A stretch of DNA of 64,000 nucleotides from Stegostoma tigrinum (GCF_030684315.1 NC_081389.1:15169048-15233047); one strand, 5' to 3'. Shown: positions 44,365 through 57,360, counted from the stretch's first letter. Numbers and translations: made by a program. The notes: generated by a model from the letters alone, not told the origin.

Positions 44365-44940
44365 TTTGCAGAGTCACACAGCACAGAAACAGACCATTTG
44401 GTCTAACCAGCCCATGACAAACATAATCCCAATCTAAAGTAGTCCCACCTGCCTGCTACCGGAACCCTGCAAACCTTTCCCATTCATATACTTATCCAAA
44501 TGTCTTTCAAACACTGTGATTGTGCCCACGTCCACCACTTCCTCAGGAAGCTCATTCCACATGCAAGCACCCCCTGTATAAAACATATGCCCCCTCATGG
44601 CTTTTTAAAATCTCTCTCCTCTCACCTTAAAAATATGCCCACTAGTCTTGAAACACACCAATTTAGGGAAAAGGCAACTATCATTAACTCTATCTGTACC
44701 CCTTATGATTTTATAAACTTTCATAAGGTCACCTCTTCACCTCCAACAGTGAATGTAAAAGTCCCAGCTTATCCAGCCTTTCCTGAAACTCAAACCTTTC
44801 CTCTGGCAAGATCATGGTAAATCTCTTCTGAGCCCTCTCCTACAACTGGGTGACCAGAAGTGGATACAGTACTCCAGAAAAAGCCTCACCAATGTCTTGT
44901 ACAAGCTCAACATAACATCCCAACTCTTATACTCACAGGA
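44365..44940 (-). mobile_element. CR1/HER1 3' fragment
   Basis: agagtcacacagcacagaaacagaccatttgg...atacttatccaaatgtctttcaaac...gatacagtactccagaa. Confidence 0.85.
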
Positions 44941-45264
44941 CTTTCTCTAGAGAGGCCAGCACTCAATTAGCTGTCTTACATGTGGCATGATTCTATCCCC
45001 TGCTGGTTAAAGATTAAATGTAGCCAACGCGACATGGAGAACTTTACTGAGAGGTTTAATCTTTCATCCAAAGGATGACATCTCTGATAGTGCAGTAGCC
45101 CCTCAGTCTGCCCAAATAGACTATGTGCCCAAGAAACCAGAGTAAGGGTGAAAAACAACAGCATTCTGAACAATCCTGAACAGCATTCCTCCCTCAATAA
45201 AAATCATGACCATCTTCTTTAGTTACAAATGTTAATTTGAAAGCATTCTGAAAACTATCATTTC

Positions 45265-45540
45265 CATGCAGTATTGTTGCACTGTTATGGGTGCCATTTT
45301 GTTAGATCAGTGGCTAAACCAATATCCCACTTCCTGTGTCAGGTGGATATAAGAAATCCTATGACACTGTTTCAAAGCTGTGCCTTGACTAGCATTTATC
45401 TCTCAATCAACACCACAAAAACAGATTATCTGATCTTTATCATTTATAGCTTATAAGATCTTACAGTGCACAAATTGGCTTCTGTGTTCCTACGTTACAA
45501 CAACTGCTACACTTCCAAAGTATATAGGCTGGAAGTAAAA
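45265..45540 (+). mobile_element. DeuSINE
   Basis: caggtggatataagaaatcctatgacact...aaaacagattatctg...gtgcacaaattggcttctgtgttcctacgttacaaca. Confidence 0.72.
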
Positions 45541-45544
45541 CATT

Positions 45545-45685
45545 TTGATTTGATTTAATTTATTGTCACATGTACTGGGATGCAGTGAAAAGTATTGTTT
45601 GCATTGTATCCAGGCAAATTATACTTTACTGAAGTACATCAGGGTAATAGAACAGAATGTAGAATATAGTGTTACAGCTACAGAG
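45545..45685 (-). mobile_element. Retroposon 3' tail, same family as 18990-19190
   Basis: ttgatttgatttaatttattgtcacatgtactgggatgcagtgaaaagtattgttt. Confidence 0.6.
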
Positions 45686-45689
45686 AGTA

Positions 45690-46140
45690 AATTTGGGCAC
45701 CACATCTTTGGAAGTATATACAGTATTGGCCTTGGATGGAAGGCAATGCAAGTTTACAAGAAAAATATCTGAACTTCTGGTGTTACATTTTAAGGAGAAA
45801 TTTTGCAAATTAAGCCTGTTTTCTCCCGAATTTGAAAGGTTTTGGGGTAATCTGATTGAATTTTCCATGACATGAATAGGTCGTTCACCTCATAGAACCG
45901 ATAGAATCATACAGGACAGAAGGGGCCTGTCAACCTACCAATTCCTGTCAAAAGTATGTTCTTACCTACACTAGGCCCACCTTCTAGCACTAGGTCCATA
46001 ACCTTCAATGTTATGACACTTCAAGCGCTCATCCAAATACATTTTAAAAATTGTGAGGTTTCCTACCTCAACTACCCTTGCAGGTTGTGTATTCCAAACC
46101 CCTACCACCCTCTGGGTGAAAAAGCTTTTCCTTATTGCTG
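45690..46140. mobile_element. Two decayed CR1 fragments (+ 45690-45870, - 45890-46140)
   Basis: EKFCKLSLFSPEFERFWGNLIEF; atagaatcatacaggacagaaggggcc. Confidence 0.65.
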
Positions 46141-46379
46141 CTTATGAGAGTCTGTAGTGCACAAAAGGTTAATCCTGTCAAATCTGCCAATGTACTCAAG
46201 GTATACTTATGCATGATTTCATTTGTGTTCAGGGAACTTGCATTTTTTAGAAAGATTGGAAGAATGAGTTGAACTTCATTTCTCTGTAATAGCGCAACTA
46301 AATGTGATGGAAATTATACCATGTGCATGCTCACAAACTAATTGATACACCAAGCAAATTTTCCCAGGAAGATGTAAAG

Positions 46380-46600
46380 CTGACCAAAGTTAGGACTCTA
46401 GTGATGGATCGTCGAGCAAATCTGCCTGCATCGCACTGCAAAATGTGTGCATTTACATCCTGAAGCAGTCAAATGAGGTTGACAAGCCAAAATAAATGAA
46501 AGGCGACACCTTCATGTGACAGGAGCCTGCAGTGGCATTAATTTTCCAGCACAGGAGCTATCTTAGGCAGTGGCCCATGGAAAAGGTCCCAAGGTGTTGT
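46380..46600. promoter_or_regulatory. Candidate conserved non-coding element
   Basis: TE-free; TGACAG, TTGACA, CATTAATT, AAATAAATGAAAG motifs. Confidence 0.35.
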
Positions 46601-47029
46601 GGTCTGGTGCATTCTAGTAATGGGAAAATATTTCTCATAGACAGGGCCTTAAAAAGAAGAAATTTGTTGCCTTGATCTGCTGTTATTTAAAGGTGCAATA
46701 ATTCTTTAAAAATGTGTCACCAATTGTTGAAAATTTGTAAATACAATAATTCCTACGCCAAATATTCTGTGATACGTTCAAACCAGAGGCGAACATTCCC
46801 TTTTGCCCACGGGTTGGCTCAATGGTCTCCTTTGCTGGGAAGGTTTTGGGGCGAGTTCAGACAAAATGGAACAGTTGTGCGTACAAACGGGAAGCCTGCT
46901 TCACCGCTCAATAAGCTCTGAAACCCGTTTAACACTCCTGCCCCATATCCCACTTCTCCATCCCTCTCCCCAAAAACCTCAATTCACTTAGCACCCAAAA
47001 ACTTCAAGTTCTTGAGAACCGGGGTTTTG

Positions 47030-47165
47030 AAACAAAACAGGCACTGTTGGAGATACTCAGCAGGTTTGGCAGAGAGAAAGCAGAGCTAATGTTTCAAGTC
47101 TGGTGACCCTTCTTCAGAACTCAAATGCTGCCAGGCCCCTACTGATTTTTGTCTATATTTTTCAG
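47030..47165. mobile_element. PLE-derived module, family B
   Basis: actcagcaggtttggcagagagaaagcagagctaatgtttcaagtctggtgacccttcttcagaac. Confidence 0.72.
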
Positions 47166-47574
47166 ACTATGACAAAAACTAAGTGGAGGAGGAGTTTAAC
47201 GTATTACTTTTGAGGCGTTGAAAAATTAAGTTGACCCTGAGGACTGTTGAACTGAGAACAATGACACCTTCGCTGGGTGCAGGCCATGGTGCTGAATCCC
47301 ACCGGGTATGTCTGCCCAGGGTAATCAGCTGATGTTTCTCATGTTTAAATGCAAAAAGAACAATTGTGGAAAAAAAGACTTTTCTGGTTTCAGAACTGGC
47401 TCGACGCAAATTAAAAAAATGAGGGATTGTTGTTCCAAAAATCAGGAATCAACTTCTAAAGAGTGTGTAGGGGTCAAAAGCTGGAGGTTGCTCCTCACAA
47501 CAAGATGGACGATTGCTTCAGAAATTCTCGCAACAGGCAACTAGAATTAAAAACTTTTCTCGGAGAGGCAATCA

Positions 47575-47720
47575 TGAGAAAATCAGTCATCCTTACCTGG
47601 TCTTGCTTACATGAAACTCTAGACCCACAGCAATGTGATTGATTCTAAAAGGGCAATTAGGGACAGGCAACAAATGTTGACCATGCTTACATCACATGAG
47701 AGAATAGCATGCAAAAAAAA
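47575..47720 (+). mobile_element. SINE-T 3' half
   Basis: catccttacctggtc...agacccacagcaatgtg...gggcaattagggacaggcaacaaatg. Confidence 0.7.
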
Positions 47721-47774
47721 ACAGAACTCAATGACTGAACACTTATTAGTCTTCAGGAAAGAAAACTCCAAAAG

Positions 47775-48114
47775 TCCAACCTGTCTCTGCCTCCCTAACC
47801 GGTTCTTCCTCTCACCCATCCCTTCCTCCCACCCCAAGCCGCACCCCCCGCTACCTACTAACCTCATCCCACCTCCTTGACCTGTCCGTCTTCCCTGGAC
47901 TGACCTATCCCCTCCCTACCTCCCCACCTACACTCTCTCCACCTATCTTCTTTACTCTCCATCTTCGGTCTGCCTCCCCCTCTCTCCCTATTTATTCCAG
48001 TTCCCTCCCCCCATCCCCCTCTCTGATGAAGGGTCTAGGCCCGAAACGTCAGCTTTTGTGCTCCTGAGATGCTGCTCGGCCTGCTGTGTTCATCCAGCCT
48101 CGCATTTTATTATC
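47775..48114 (+). mobile_element. Young Penelope-like 3' UTR/pLTR (family A)
   Basis: About 245 bp C/T-rich tract, then hammerhead, then agcttttgtgctcctgagatgctgctcggcctgctgtgttcatccagcc; CpGs retained. Confidence 0.9.
48021..48052 (+). ncRNA. Minimal type-I hammerhead ribozyme motif, family A, intact core
   Basis: ct-CTGATGA(48023-48029)-a-GGGTCtaGGCCC-GAAAC(48043-48047)-GTC(48048-48050)-ag; all conserved core nucleotides and a GUC triplet present. Confidence 0.8.
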
Positions 48115-48269
48115 AAAGATTCACAAGCTGTTGAGTGAAGAAATGTCTCTGTGTCAATTTAAAATGACCAGCTCCATAAATAAGATTATGGCCTCTATTT
48201 TGTGGACTCTTGAATATGGCCTCTGAAAATTTTATTAGCTTGAATGCAAACATAATACAAATCTTTAAG

Positions 48270-48545
48270 CAAGGAGCAGATGTAGGCCGTTCAGTCCCTC
48301 AAGACTGGTCTACCATTCAATAATGGCATAGATGATCTCATTGTCTTTCAAATTTCACATTCCAAACTATCACCAATTTTGATTTGATTCCCCTGTCTAT
48401 CAAGGATTTGTCTAACGCCGCCTTTAAAATATTCAATGATCCCACTAACACTACATTCTGTGGAACAGAGCTCCAATGTTGCACTACCCTACAAAGGTTA
48501 AAATTTCTCATCTCTGTCCTCAATGAGTGAACCTTAATTTTGAAT
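48270..48545 (-). mobile_element. CR1 3' fragment
   Basis: ORF 48338-48523 MRTEMRNF...RVVQHWSSVPQNVVLVGSLNILKAALDKSL. Confidence 0.8.
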
Positions 48546-49119
48546 AAGAATCATTCCTAATTTACCTTAATAATGGAGAATTCTACTACATTGTTTTGGA
48601 GTGGGGAAGGGGGCTTATAACTACTACTCAACCAGAGTGTGCACTTATTGAAGAAGACAGAATTGTTTTGAAAGTCTAAATGAGTCTGCAAAATCTGATA
48701 AAGGAAAAACAACTATGCCATAACACTACCAACTCTGCAGAGTCAGTTATAAAGGATGACGCTACCATTCAAGTGAAATCTGAATGGTTCTGTCCATCTA
48801 ACTTGACATAGGTTATAAATTTTAAACTATATGCTGATTTAACAAATCTACCTTGCATACTGGAACAAGTCTCATTACTGTCAACTGACTAAGCGTTAAA
48901 GTTTCAGGTTGCTTGGTTATTTAACAAGTTATTTCAAATTTTCCTTAAGTGGAAAATTGAACCATCAGTATTTATATTTAGCATCACACTGCACACATCA
49001 GGCTATTCAGTCTGTTTTGTCTGTGCCAGATCTTTGAAAGATCCATCAAATTAGTTCCGTTGCCTCGCTTTTTCTCCTGATGCTATGTGTTTTTTTTGCC
49101 CTGTTAGTGGTACTAACTT

Positions 49120-49745
49120 TCACACAAAACAGGACTAGACCTATCAGCCCATCAAACTTCCTCCCCCATTCAATATTATAATGGATAGTTGTGGGCTCCA
49201 GCACCAGTTTTTCTCCAATTTGCCATTCCCCTGACTCCCTGAGAGAATAAAAATGATCTGTCTGTCCTAGCCTCAATCTGTTAATGTTTAACAATCGATC
49301 CACCAAACTCTGAAATAGAGAATTGCAAATATTCGCAATGCTTTGAGTGAAGTAATTTCCTCCATCTCACTCCTAAATGATCAGTGCATTTACTTGAAAC
49401 TGTGCCCCTACCCAATTTAGATTTCCCAACCACCAGGAAAAGGAATCTCTCGACTTCTATCTCAACAAGACCCTCAGGATCTTCCAAGAGATCCCATTTC
49501 ATTCTTCTAAATTCTAAAGAATGATGGTCCAACTGATCCAGCCTCTCATCATGGGATAACGTCTGCATCCCAGGGACTAAGTGAGTATTTGTTGTACGGT
49601 CTCTAAAGCAGGCATATCCTTCCTAAAATATGGATACCAAAACTACACAGAGAATTCCAGAAGTGGTCCCATCAAAGCCCTGTACAATTGAAGAAAGATT
49701 TCTTTATTCCTGTGTTCCAATTTACTTGTGATAAAGGCCAATGTT
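49120..49745 (-). mobile_element. CR1 3' fragment
   Basis: ORF 49281-49568 LSHDERLDQLDHHSLEFRRMKWDLLE. Confidence 0.8.
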
Positions 49746-51669
49746 ACATAATAAAGGTCAAGGTTCTAGACAAGACGTTAAACTGAGCTTCCTTTGACCT
49801 CTCAGGAAGAAGTTAGAGGTCCCATGATACCCTTGGAAGAAGAGAAGAGGAATTTGCTTTCTGGTGCCCAGGTCAAAATCCAACCTTCAATCAACATTGC
49901 AAAGAAAAATGACAATGATAAGTTGCAAATGTCTTGTCTCTGCAAAGCAACAGTGACTACCCTTCAAAAGTATTTAATTAGCTGTAAAGGAATTTGGCAT
50001 GATAAAACTTCAGTGGTACAAAATGATGCTCTTTTTATTTATTCCCTCTCAGGATGGTAAATGTGGGGTTACAGAGATAGCGTAGACAGAATACGTAGTT
50101 GCAGGCTTATCATGCCGAATGGCCTCTTTCTACGCTGCAGGAATTCTATGATGTGAGCATCACAGCATTCATTGCCCTTGAGAAGGTGCTTGTGAACTGC
50201 CTTCTTGAACCACAGTAGTCCATGTGCCAGACTCTTAACATCCTCTAAATTATTCTGACAAGCTATTCAGTTAAGTGGAACATTAATATAAAAACTTCTG
50301 TTGCTTGGTCATTAAATCAAGGGGTTTGTTGTAACAACAGGTATAAGAATTCCATATGAATGCACATACTGATAATGAGTTACACAGCTTCAGTCTGCAA
50401 CGTATATTAGTGAATCAAGCCAGATCATTATTAACTTCACTACTAGTAATACAACAGCACGTGAATAATGCCCGCCTTGTTGAGAAGAAGTTCATCTCTT
50501 CCCACAGGATTAGATCCCAGTAAGGGAGTCAATGTCATCCGGAAAACAGAGGGGGGATTTGAGAGACATCTATCATCAGGCTTCAATTTGAGTAGGTGAG
50601 TATTGACAACCACTATTTTAGATGTGACAAAACTTTTGATCAATGGGTATCATTAGTGAACTTCAGTGTGAACTTGAATTGATTCATCAATCAATTAATG
50701 GGTTAAACATTGGGTCATTGTTGATTATTTAACATTGCTTGAAGGTTCGTCTTGTTTTGAGAGTGGGAGGTCAGGAAGGGGGGCAGTGAAGTACAGGGGG
50801 AATATGAGATGAGATGAAGTTGGGAGACAGAATAGAGAATGAGGTAAAACCACAAGGAAAAAGGAGCTGTTACACTGACTGACAGGTAAACAGAAGCACA
50901 AAGTCTTGTGTCCCTTCAATATCATTAATTGATCATGGCATGGCAGCAAAAGACAGGGGAGCTATCTAAATCTACCAGTACATTCAGTGCCTCACAGAAA
51001 AAGAAAAATGACGTCTTCGAAGACACTAAAGCCTGGCATCATTCTCATGTTGACACAAGCTGTGTTCGAATACTGTATGCTCATTTCAATGTTCAGAGAA
51101 ATCAACTTCAAAAGCATACAATTCCTTTAATGAGCTGAGGTAGATGCAAGCAATGTCACGAAAGCAGATGATTTAGTCATCACTTCATTCTCGAGATCAT
51201 GCTCTCTGCAAATTGGCTGCAGAGATAGAGGTAAAGGGTGCATAATGGAATTAATAGGATTGTCGTCTGAAAGAAACTGGCACACAGTCAGTGGGCTGAA
51301 TGGTCTTCCCCTGTGCTGTGCTTTCTCACACTTCTATCACGCCAACAGTGGCTATATTTTGTTATCACAGAATCCCACAGAAGCAGGCTACTTAATAGTC
51401 CACATCACCCATTTGAAGAGAATTCCACACTGATTCAAGCCCTACCTTAGACCTCTAGCCTTCATTTCCCATGGCTAACATACCCAGCTTGCACATCCTT
51501 GGACACTACAGGGCAACTTAGAGTCACAGAAGTATACAGCATACCTGTATAGCCTTCAATCTAAAGACCGAAGAAACAGACCCTTCAGTCCAAGTCACCC
51601 ATGTTGAACAAGTTACGATCGAACTTATATCCTTAGTGGTAGTGTAATTGGACAGGGAAACGCATCTCC

Positions 51670-52100
51670 TGACTCCCCACATCCAGCCCAACACCTATAA
51701 GGCACAAGTCAGGAGTGCAATGTGATATTCCACACTAACCTGGATGAGTGCAGTTCCACACAATCTAGGGCAAAGCAGCCTGCTCATTTGGAACCTCATT
51801 GACATTCACCTTCTTTACCAACAACACAGCAGCAGTAGTATGCATCACTTACAAGACGGACTGTACAACCGACTGAGACTCCTCTGACAGCACCTCCTAA
51901 CCTGTGACCACTGTCATCTAGAAGCATAAAGGCATAGAATATGGGAACGCCACCATCTGCAAATTCCACTCCAAGCCACATCCATTTTGATTTGGAAACA
52001 TAAGACCATTCCTTCACTGTTATTGGGTGAACTTCCTATCTAACAGGACTGTAAGCATAGTTTCACCATAATGGAATGCAGCAGTTCAAGAAGGCCAGGT
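51670..52100 (+). mobile_element. LINE fragment (SINE-T partner)
   Basis: cacctataaggcacaagtcaggagt (TYKAQVRS)...gggaacgccaccatctgcaaattcc...gcagcagttcaagaaggc. Confidence 0.75.
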
Positions 52101-52277
52101 AAATGCATGTGGGGAACAAATCCTGACAGATCTGAAGCTAGAGCTTAAAGATAAACACACAAAAAAAGTTAAAAGTCTCTTTCTTGAAATAAGGCCATGA
52201 ATACCTTTAAAATGTATTGCACACCATTAAACCTCAGGCACTGAAGGTGAAGTGAATAACAAATACACAAAATGTCA

Positions 52278-52445
52278 AAGATAGTAAGAACTGCCGATGC
52301 TGGAGTCATAAAACAAACAGTGAGGAGCTGGAGAGCCACAGCAGGCCAGGCAGCATCAGAACAGCTGATGTCATCCCGGCCTGAAATGACAACTTTCTTG
52401 AGCCTTTGATGCAACCTGGCCTGCTGTGTTCCTCAGCTCTACACT
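52278..52445. mobile_element. Palindromic family A module, degenerate
   Basis: gagctggagagccacagcaggccaggcagcatcaga / tttgatgcaacctggcctgctgtgttcctcagctc. Confidence 0.78.
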
Positions 52446-52479
52446 GAACAAAATCTGCTTGCTTGAGCATTGCTATCAG

Positions 52480-52650
52480 AGGCTGCCCAATCCCCTTAAC
52501 CAACACACAATTTGACTATGGGAAGAAACCGGAGAAAAACCATGCAGACGTGGGCGAGAACGTGCAAACTCCACATAGTCACTTCAGGGTGGAATTGAAC
52601 CCAGGTCCCCGATACTGTGAGGCAACAGTGCCAACCGCTGAGCTACCATT
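52480..52650 (-). mobile_element. HE1 SINE 5' part
   Basis: gggaagaaaccggag...gagaacgtgcaaactccaca...ggaattgaacccaggtccc...ctgtgaggcaacagtgccaacc. Confidence 0.8.
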
Positions 52651-53579
52651 TGAATAGAAACTTTGGCCAAACCAAACCTTTGACTTAGACACAATTCACT
52701 GTCCTCATAAATAATCTGACAGACTCATCCATTTTAATGGGCAAATTCTCCTTTTCTTTCATGACCACACAATATCACTAGGGAGAGGATAATGAAAAAT
52801 TCATCCATCCATTGTTCAGTGGAATCTCAGACAAGGGTAAGGGTTCCCAACCTGTTTTGAGAAAGAAAAATCCTCATTGCCAATTTAAATCTGACAGACT
52901 ACGTAAAAGTGTTAATTTAGATCTGCACACCTTTGAAGTTAGTGATGTTTAGGAATCGGCAAGAGGATATCATAAAGATAAACTTGGCCTATATCCAAGC
53001 CATAAGTCTGGCAATGAGGAGTATGCAGAATCCACACAGTGTACAATTGTATTTTTCTTGATTACTGAACTTACTGTATAATTGCTTAAGGGACTCATAC
53101 CACACGCCTCGCATGCTATTTTTAAGCAGAAGTTAACATAAGCACAAAACATGAGGATCCACAAATACCACCTCAGATCATTAAAGCTGTGGCAACTTTA
53201 TTGAGTTTTACTGGGCTACATTTGCGTGGGCCATGTCTTGCACCTTATGTTGCCAGTGTTGTAATGGTGTGCCTGACAACATTGTGCATACTGGTAGAAG
53301 TTTTCAAATTCTATTTGAGCTCTCCCTGCAGTCAAATACAATATCCAGGGATTAGAGTAGTGAGCAACTAAACTCCCGCATGAAGGAAGAACAGGGGGGG
53401 GGTTGTGATGAAGGCCTGGTGGTTATGTTGGCACCATAGGGGTAAGTCCACAATCCTGGCAGTTAGCTGAATTGATCAGCATTGGAAAAAAGATAAGAAA
53501 AAGAAAAAAATATATATATAAAAATTGAAGTCCTACAGTAAAACTTTTCTTAAAAAGGAGAGGGCAATGTTTTGTATAA

Positions 53580-53860
53580 GGCATAAGAACATAAGAAATT
53601 TGAGCAGGAGTAAGCCATCTGGATTATCATTTAATAATATTATGGCTTATCTTTCTGATGGACTCTGCTCCACTTTTCTGCCTGCTCACCATAACCCTTA
53701 ATTCTTTTACTGTTCAAAACTCTGTCTTTGCCTTAAAACAATTAATAAGTTGACTGCACCACTTCACTATGCAGAGAATTCCACAGATTCATATCTTTTT
53801 GGGTGAAGAAGTTCCTCCTCAACTCAGTCCTAAATTGTTCCCTCGTATTTTAAGGTTATG
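53580..53860 (-). mobile_element. CR1 3' tail
   Basis: cataagaacataagaaatttgagcaggagtaagcca...gagaattccacagattc...gaagaagttcctcctcaactcagtcctaaa. Confidence 0.8.
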
Positions 53861-54269
53861 ACTCATATTGCGGATAGCTTGAAATCTCCCCGTTCCGCTG
53901 CCTCGTTATCACAGCGTCACCAGGTTGAAGACAGTCCCTGCCAACTCAAACCCTAAATGTAGCACCGTAATGTCCAAAAGCACATGCAAAGAAATGAGGG
54001 GCTGTACAATCACTGGTATTCATGCACTATGTTATGGGTCAATGAGGGGTTACGTTGTACCAGGGTATATTTGACTTCAAAGACAAGTGGGTAGTCCATA
54101 GATAGTGTTTGGACCTTTTGGACAGATGTTGGGCGTCACCGTACCCATGAGTTATTCATGTAAAATGAATGATATTTGTCCAAATATTCGGGGTTGATTC
54201 TTACCTGAGATTGACCACTACTTGAGAATGGGACAGTATTGCAGTCAAATTTTCAATGTGGTCCCTCTT

Positions 54270-54530
54270 TCTAGCATTGGAGACACATTAAACAAAGATC
54301 CTCTGCCTTCTCAAGTATAACTGAAGAGTCCTATGATATTATGTTGAAAAAGATCAGGAGATTAATCTCCTGGTGTCCAGGCCAATAGTTATCTATTAAT
54401 CAACTAGGGACAAGTATTTGGTCATTGCTTCTTGTGGGACCTTGCTGTGTCCAAATTGTTTGCTACGTTTCCTCTATTAGCTGCATTTCATTTGTTTGCA
54501 ATGAACCGAGGCATTGAATGTTGCTGTTTA
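54270..54530 (+). mobile_element. DeuSINE, degenerate
   Basis: ctggtgtccaggccaatagttat...ttgtgggaccttgctgtgtccaaattg. Confidence 0.6.
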
Positions 54531-54739
54531 ATAATACTTTCTCTCTATTCCTATAAATCCCTTGCTGGAAAAGGGATGACATAAACTACCATGCTAATAT
54601 CAACAGAAATTTGTGTGCTTGGGGTAAGAGCAAAGACAAAGGGCTAAGAAATCAATTAGGAGGAATAAGTATTCTCATCAATGCTGTTGTTGAACTGAAA
54701 CATTTTTAAAAAATCAATTTGTTGTGCTGAGTGGAGTTT

Positions 54740-55200
54740 AAGGCCGCTTCCAACATGGCTGCTCAGAACAGGGGTTGGGGGGGGGGTGGGGGCGTCATCT
54801 CTGTGTGCGCTGCTCTACAAACTCAGACTGTTCTCCAGCTGCAGTGCTGCCCCTTTTCATGTAACCTCTCATGTTAACTTGTACAGGAAAGGTCTCCGCA
54901 CTTTCAAATCAGGCTCCCAGTGGAGAGGCGCCCGCAGCATTGAACCAGGCTAATTGGTGCCAATCTTGTTTGAGCTGAGTGGCCATGAATATTATATGCA
55001 TATGAGAAAGAGATGTCACATTAACGCAACACAGGAGGGTTCCTTCAGAGGTTACAGCTCAGCAAGGGCACCCTTGTCAGCATTTTGTAGAAAAGCCACA
55101 CAGTGCCTGTACTACATTCGACCAGGTCACACAGAGCCTTGGGAAAGTTCCTACTGGTAAATGCCTCTCATTATGAATACATTTTTCACCACTTCATTCC
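54740..55200. promoter_or_regulatory. Candidate conserved non-coding enhancer
   Basis: TE-free, CpG-retaining; CTAATTGG, TGCCAA, CATGAATATT / TATGCATATG POU-like sites, TGTCA; preceded by a G-run. Confidence 0.5.
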
Positions 55201-56029
55201 CCCATTCTCTTCAAGCACAAGAGGATGCCAAGTTTAAAGGTAACATGGGTCGACAACTAGATTCCTTTATTTTGCCGCAACCATTTACTTACTGATTTTT
55301 TTCAAAACAGTTCTCCACTATTTCAATCGAAACATGTGTCCATTTAGTTCAGTTACTCTGAAAAACGTTGCACCAAGTTGTAAGCTCCCATTCGGAGAGT
55401 GTTGAGTTTTGGAAGGTGCCAAGGCTTTAGCAGAGTAATGAAACAGATTTTGATCCCTTATCCTGCGCCTTGTTCACATATAGCATTGATTATCTACTCC
55501 CTAGTGCACTTTGTAGCTTTTATGGGCCCATAACAGAGCCTGCCTCAAGAACTTGTCAGGCCAGGTTGCTTTGGCTTGACAAAGGAGACCAAAAGGACAT
55601 CTCCTTTTGGCCTTCTTGGCCTTAAACCTCACAGCCTTGTGTCAACAACATGAAATTTGTGGCTCTAATTTCTGGTAAACATCCTGTCCCCAAGTGCCAG
55701 GAAATTTAACATCAAAATTTGGAGGCAGCATGTGGAGTAAACCAAATATTCAATGTCTGATTAAGCAATTCTTCATTTCTTCTGGTCATGAGGAAAATCT
55801 GGATGTTTATATCATTTCTGTGAGATTTTGCTCAATTCGCAAGAGTTTGCAGTGATCTCAGGTCAAAATTACAGTGAATATTCAGAAGAAATCCCTGTGG
55901 AAAATTTCTCCCAAATGTACAAATCCTACACCTTATTCCTTCTCCTTGCACTGACAGATTGAAATCAAAGATCTAAAACCTTACAGCCAACTTTCACTCA
56001 TTCACTGGTGTGGCTAAGTCACTAACACC

Positions 56030-56330
56030 CATGTCCTGGCATCAAGTTGCACTCTAGAGCTTGAGCACAAAACAACATTCTTGTCTGACACTCCAAGTGC
56101 TATACCATTACAGTTGCCAGATTTTAGACGAGCTGTGGAACTGAGGACTTGTCTTGGAGGCTCCAATTAAGATACCGTGACACAATTTCAATGAAGAACA
56201 CGTAAGCTTACCACTGCACTTTGACTAATACTGAGCCTGCAAACCATAAAGTGAAATAAATTATCTGTTCATTATCAAATTTATGTCTACAGGAACTTGC
56301 TGTGAACAAATCGGCAACTCATGATTTGCA
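56030..56330 (+). mobile_element. DeuSINE, degenerate
   Basis: tctagagcttgagcacaaa...ctgacactccaagtgc...ttatctgttcattatc...acttgctgtgaacaaatcggc. Confidence 0.65.
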
Positions 56331-56609
56331 GTGCCATGAGGCTTGTGGATCAGAGTTCTATTCAGCACATTAGAGAAGCAACTATCCTTGTATGTGGTGG
56401 TAGTTTGTGGTCTGTACTCTTCCTTATCTGCAAGTGACTGCTGTCTGACTCCCATAGGTTTCTTCAAATGCTTTTATTTACACTTTGGCATGTAATACTA
56501 TTCTCTGTAAATACAGTTCTCTCCCTCAGACTGCTTCATCCAATCTTCACAATCATTTGCACATGACCATTGATCTCACTGTTCCTGTAATAATCAACTT
56601 AAGTTTATA

Positions 56610-56961
56610 AAAAAAAAATTCATGGGATGATGACATCACCGACTAGGTCAGCATTTATTGTCCATCCCTAATTGGCCAGAGGGCAGTTAAGAATCAACCA
56701 TATTGCCGTGGGTCTGGAGTCACATCTATGGATGGTAGTGGCTTTCCTTAAAGGACATTAGTGATCCATATGGATTTTTCCTGACAATCAGCAAAGGATT
56801 TATGGGCATCATTAGACTCTTAATTCCAGATATTTTTTGTAGTTATTGAATTCAAATTCCACCATCTGCATTTGTGGGATTCAAACACCAGGCACCCAGA
56901 ACTTTGCTTGGGTCTCTGGATTAACAGTTCAGTGATAATAGCTCTAGGCCATCACCTCCCC
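56610..56961 (-). mobile_element. SINE-T, near full length
   Basis: agcatttattgtccatccctaattggccagagggcagttaagaatcaacc...gtgggattcaaac...ctaggccatcacctcccc. Confidence 0.85.
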
Positions 56962-57360
56962 AGTATATATTCATATGTATGATTATTTGCATATGCATTG
57001 TACATCTTACATTTTCTACGTGCAACAGTGATGACATCAGAACTACTTTGCAGGCTATAATGTGCCTCACCTGATTTTGAAATGATGAAATGTACTATAA
57101 AAATGCAAGACTTTTTGTATTTCATGTCAGACTTTAAAACAGAAATGAATCTAAAAACTCTGCAATTCTTAATACCTGTTCTTTCTTTTACCTTACAAGC
57201 TTTAGGCTTTTAACAATAAAGTTTAAAGTCATCTCATCCTGACTTGATTTGATGATGTATTCTCTCTTAGCTCGTGTTGTATGTTTTTAGTATTTACTCT
57301 AACCAGACTACACAAATAATATGAAAGATGATAGGCTCAAATACATTTTCTTGAAGAGTG

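Noticed and set aside
56335-56435. Possible Rex1/Babar ORF end on minus strand
   Set aside because: Similarity too weak to support by eye
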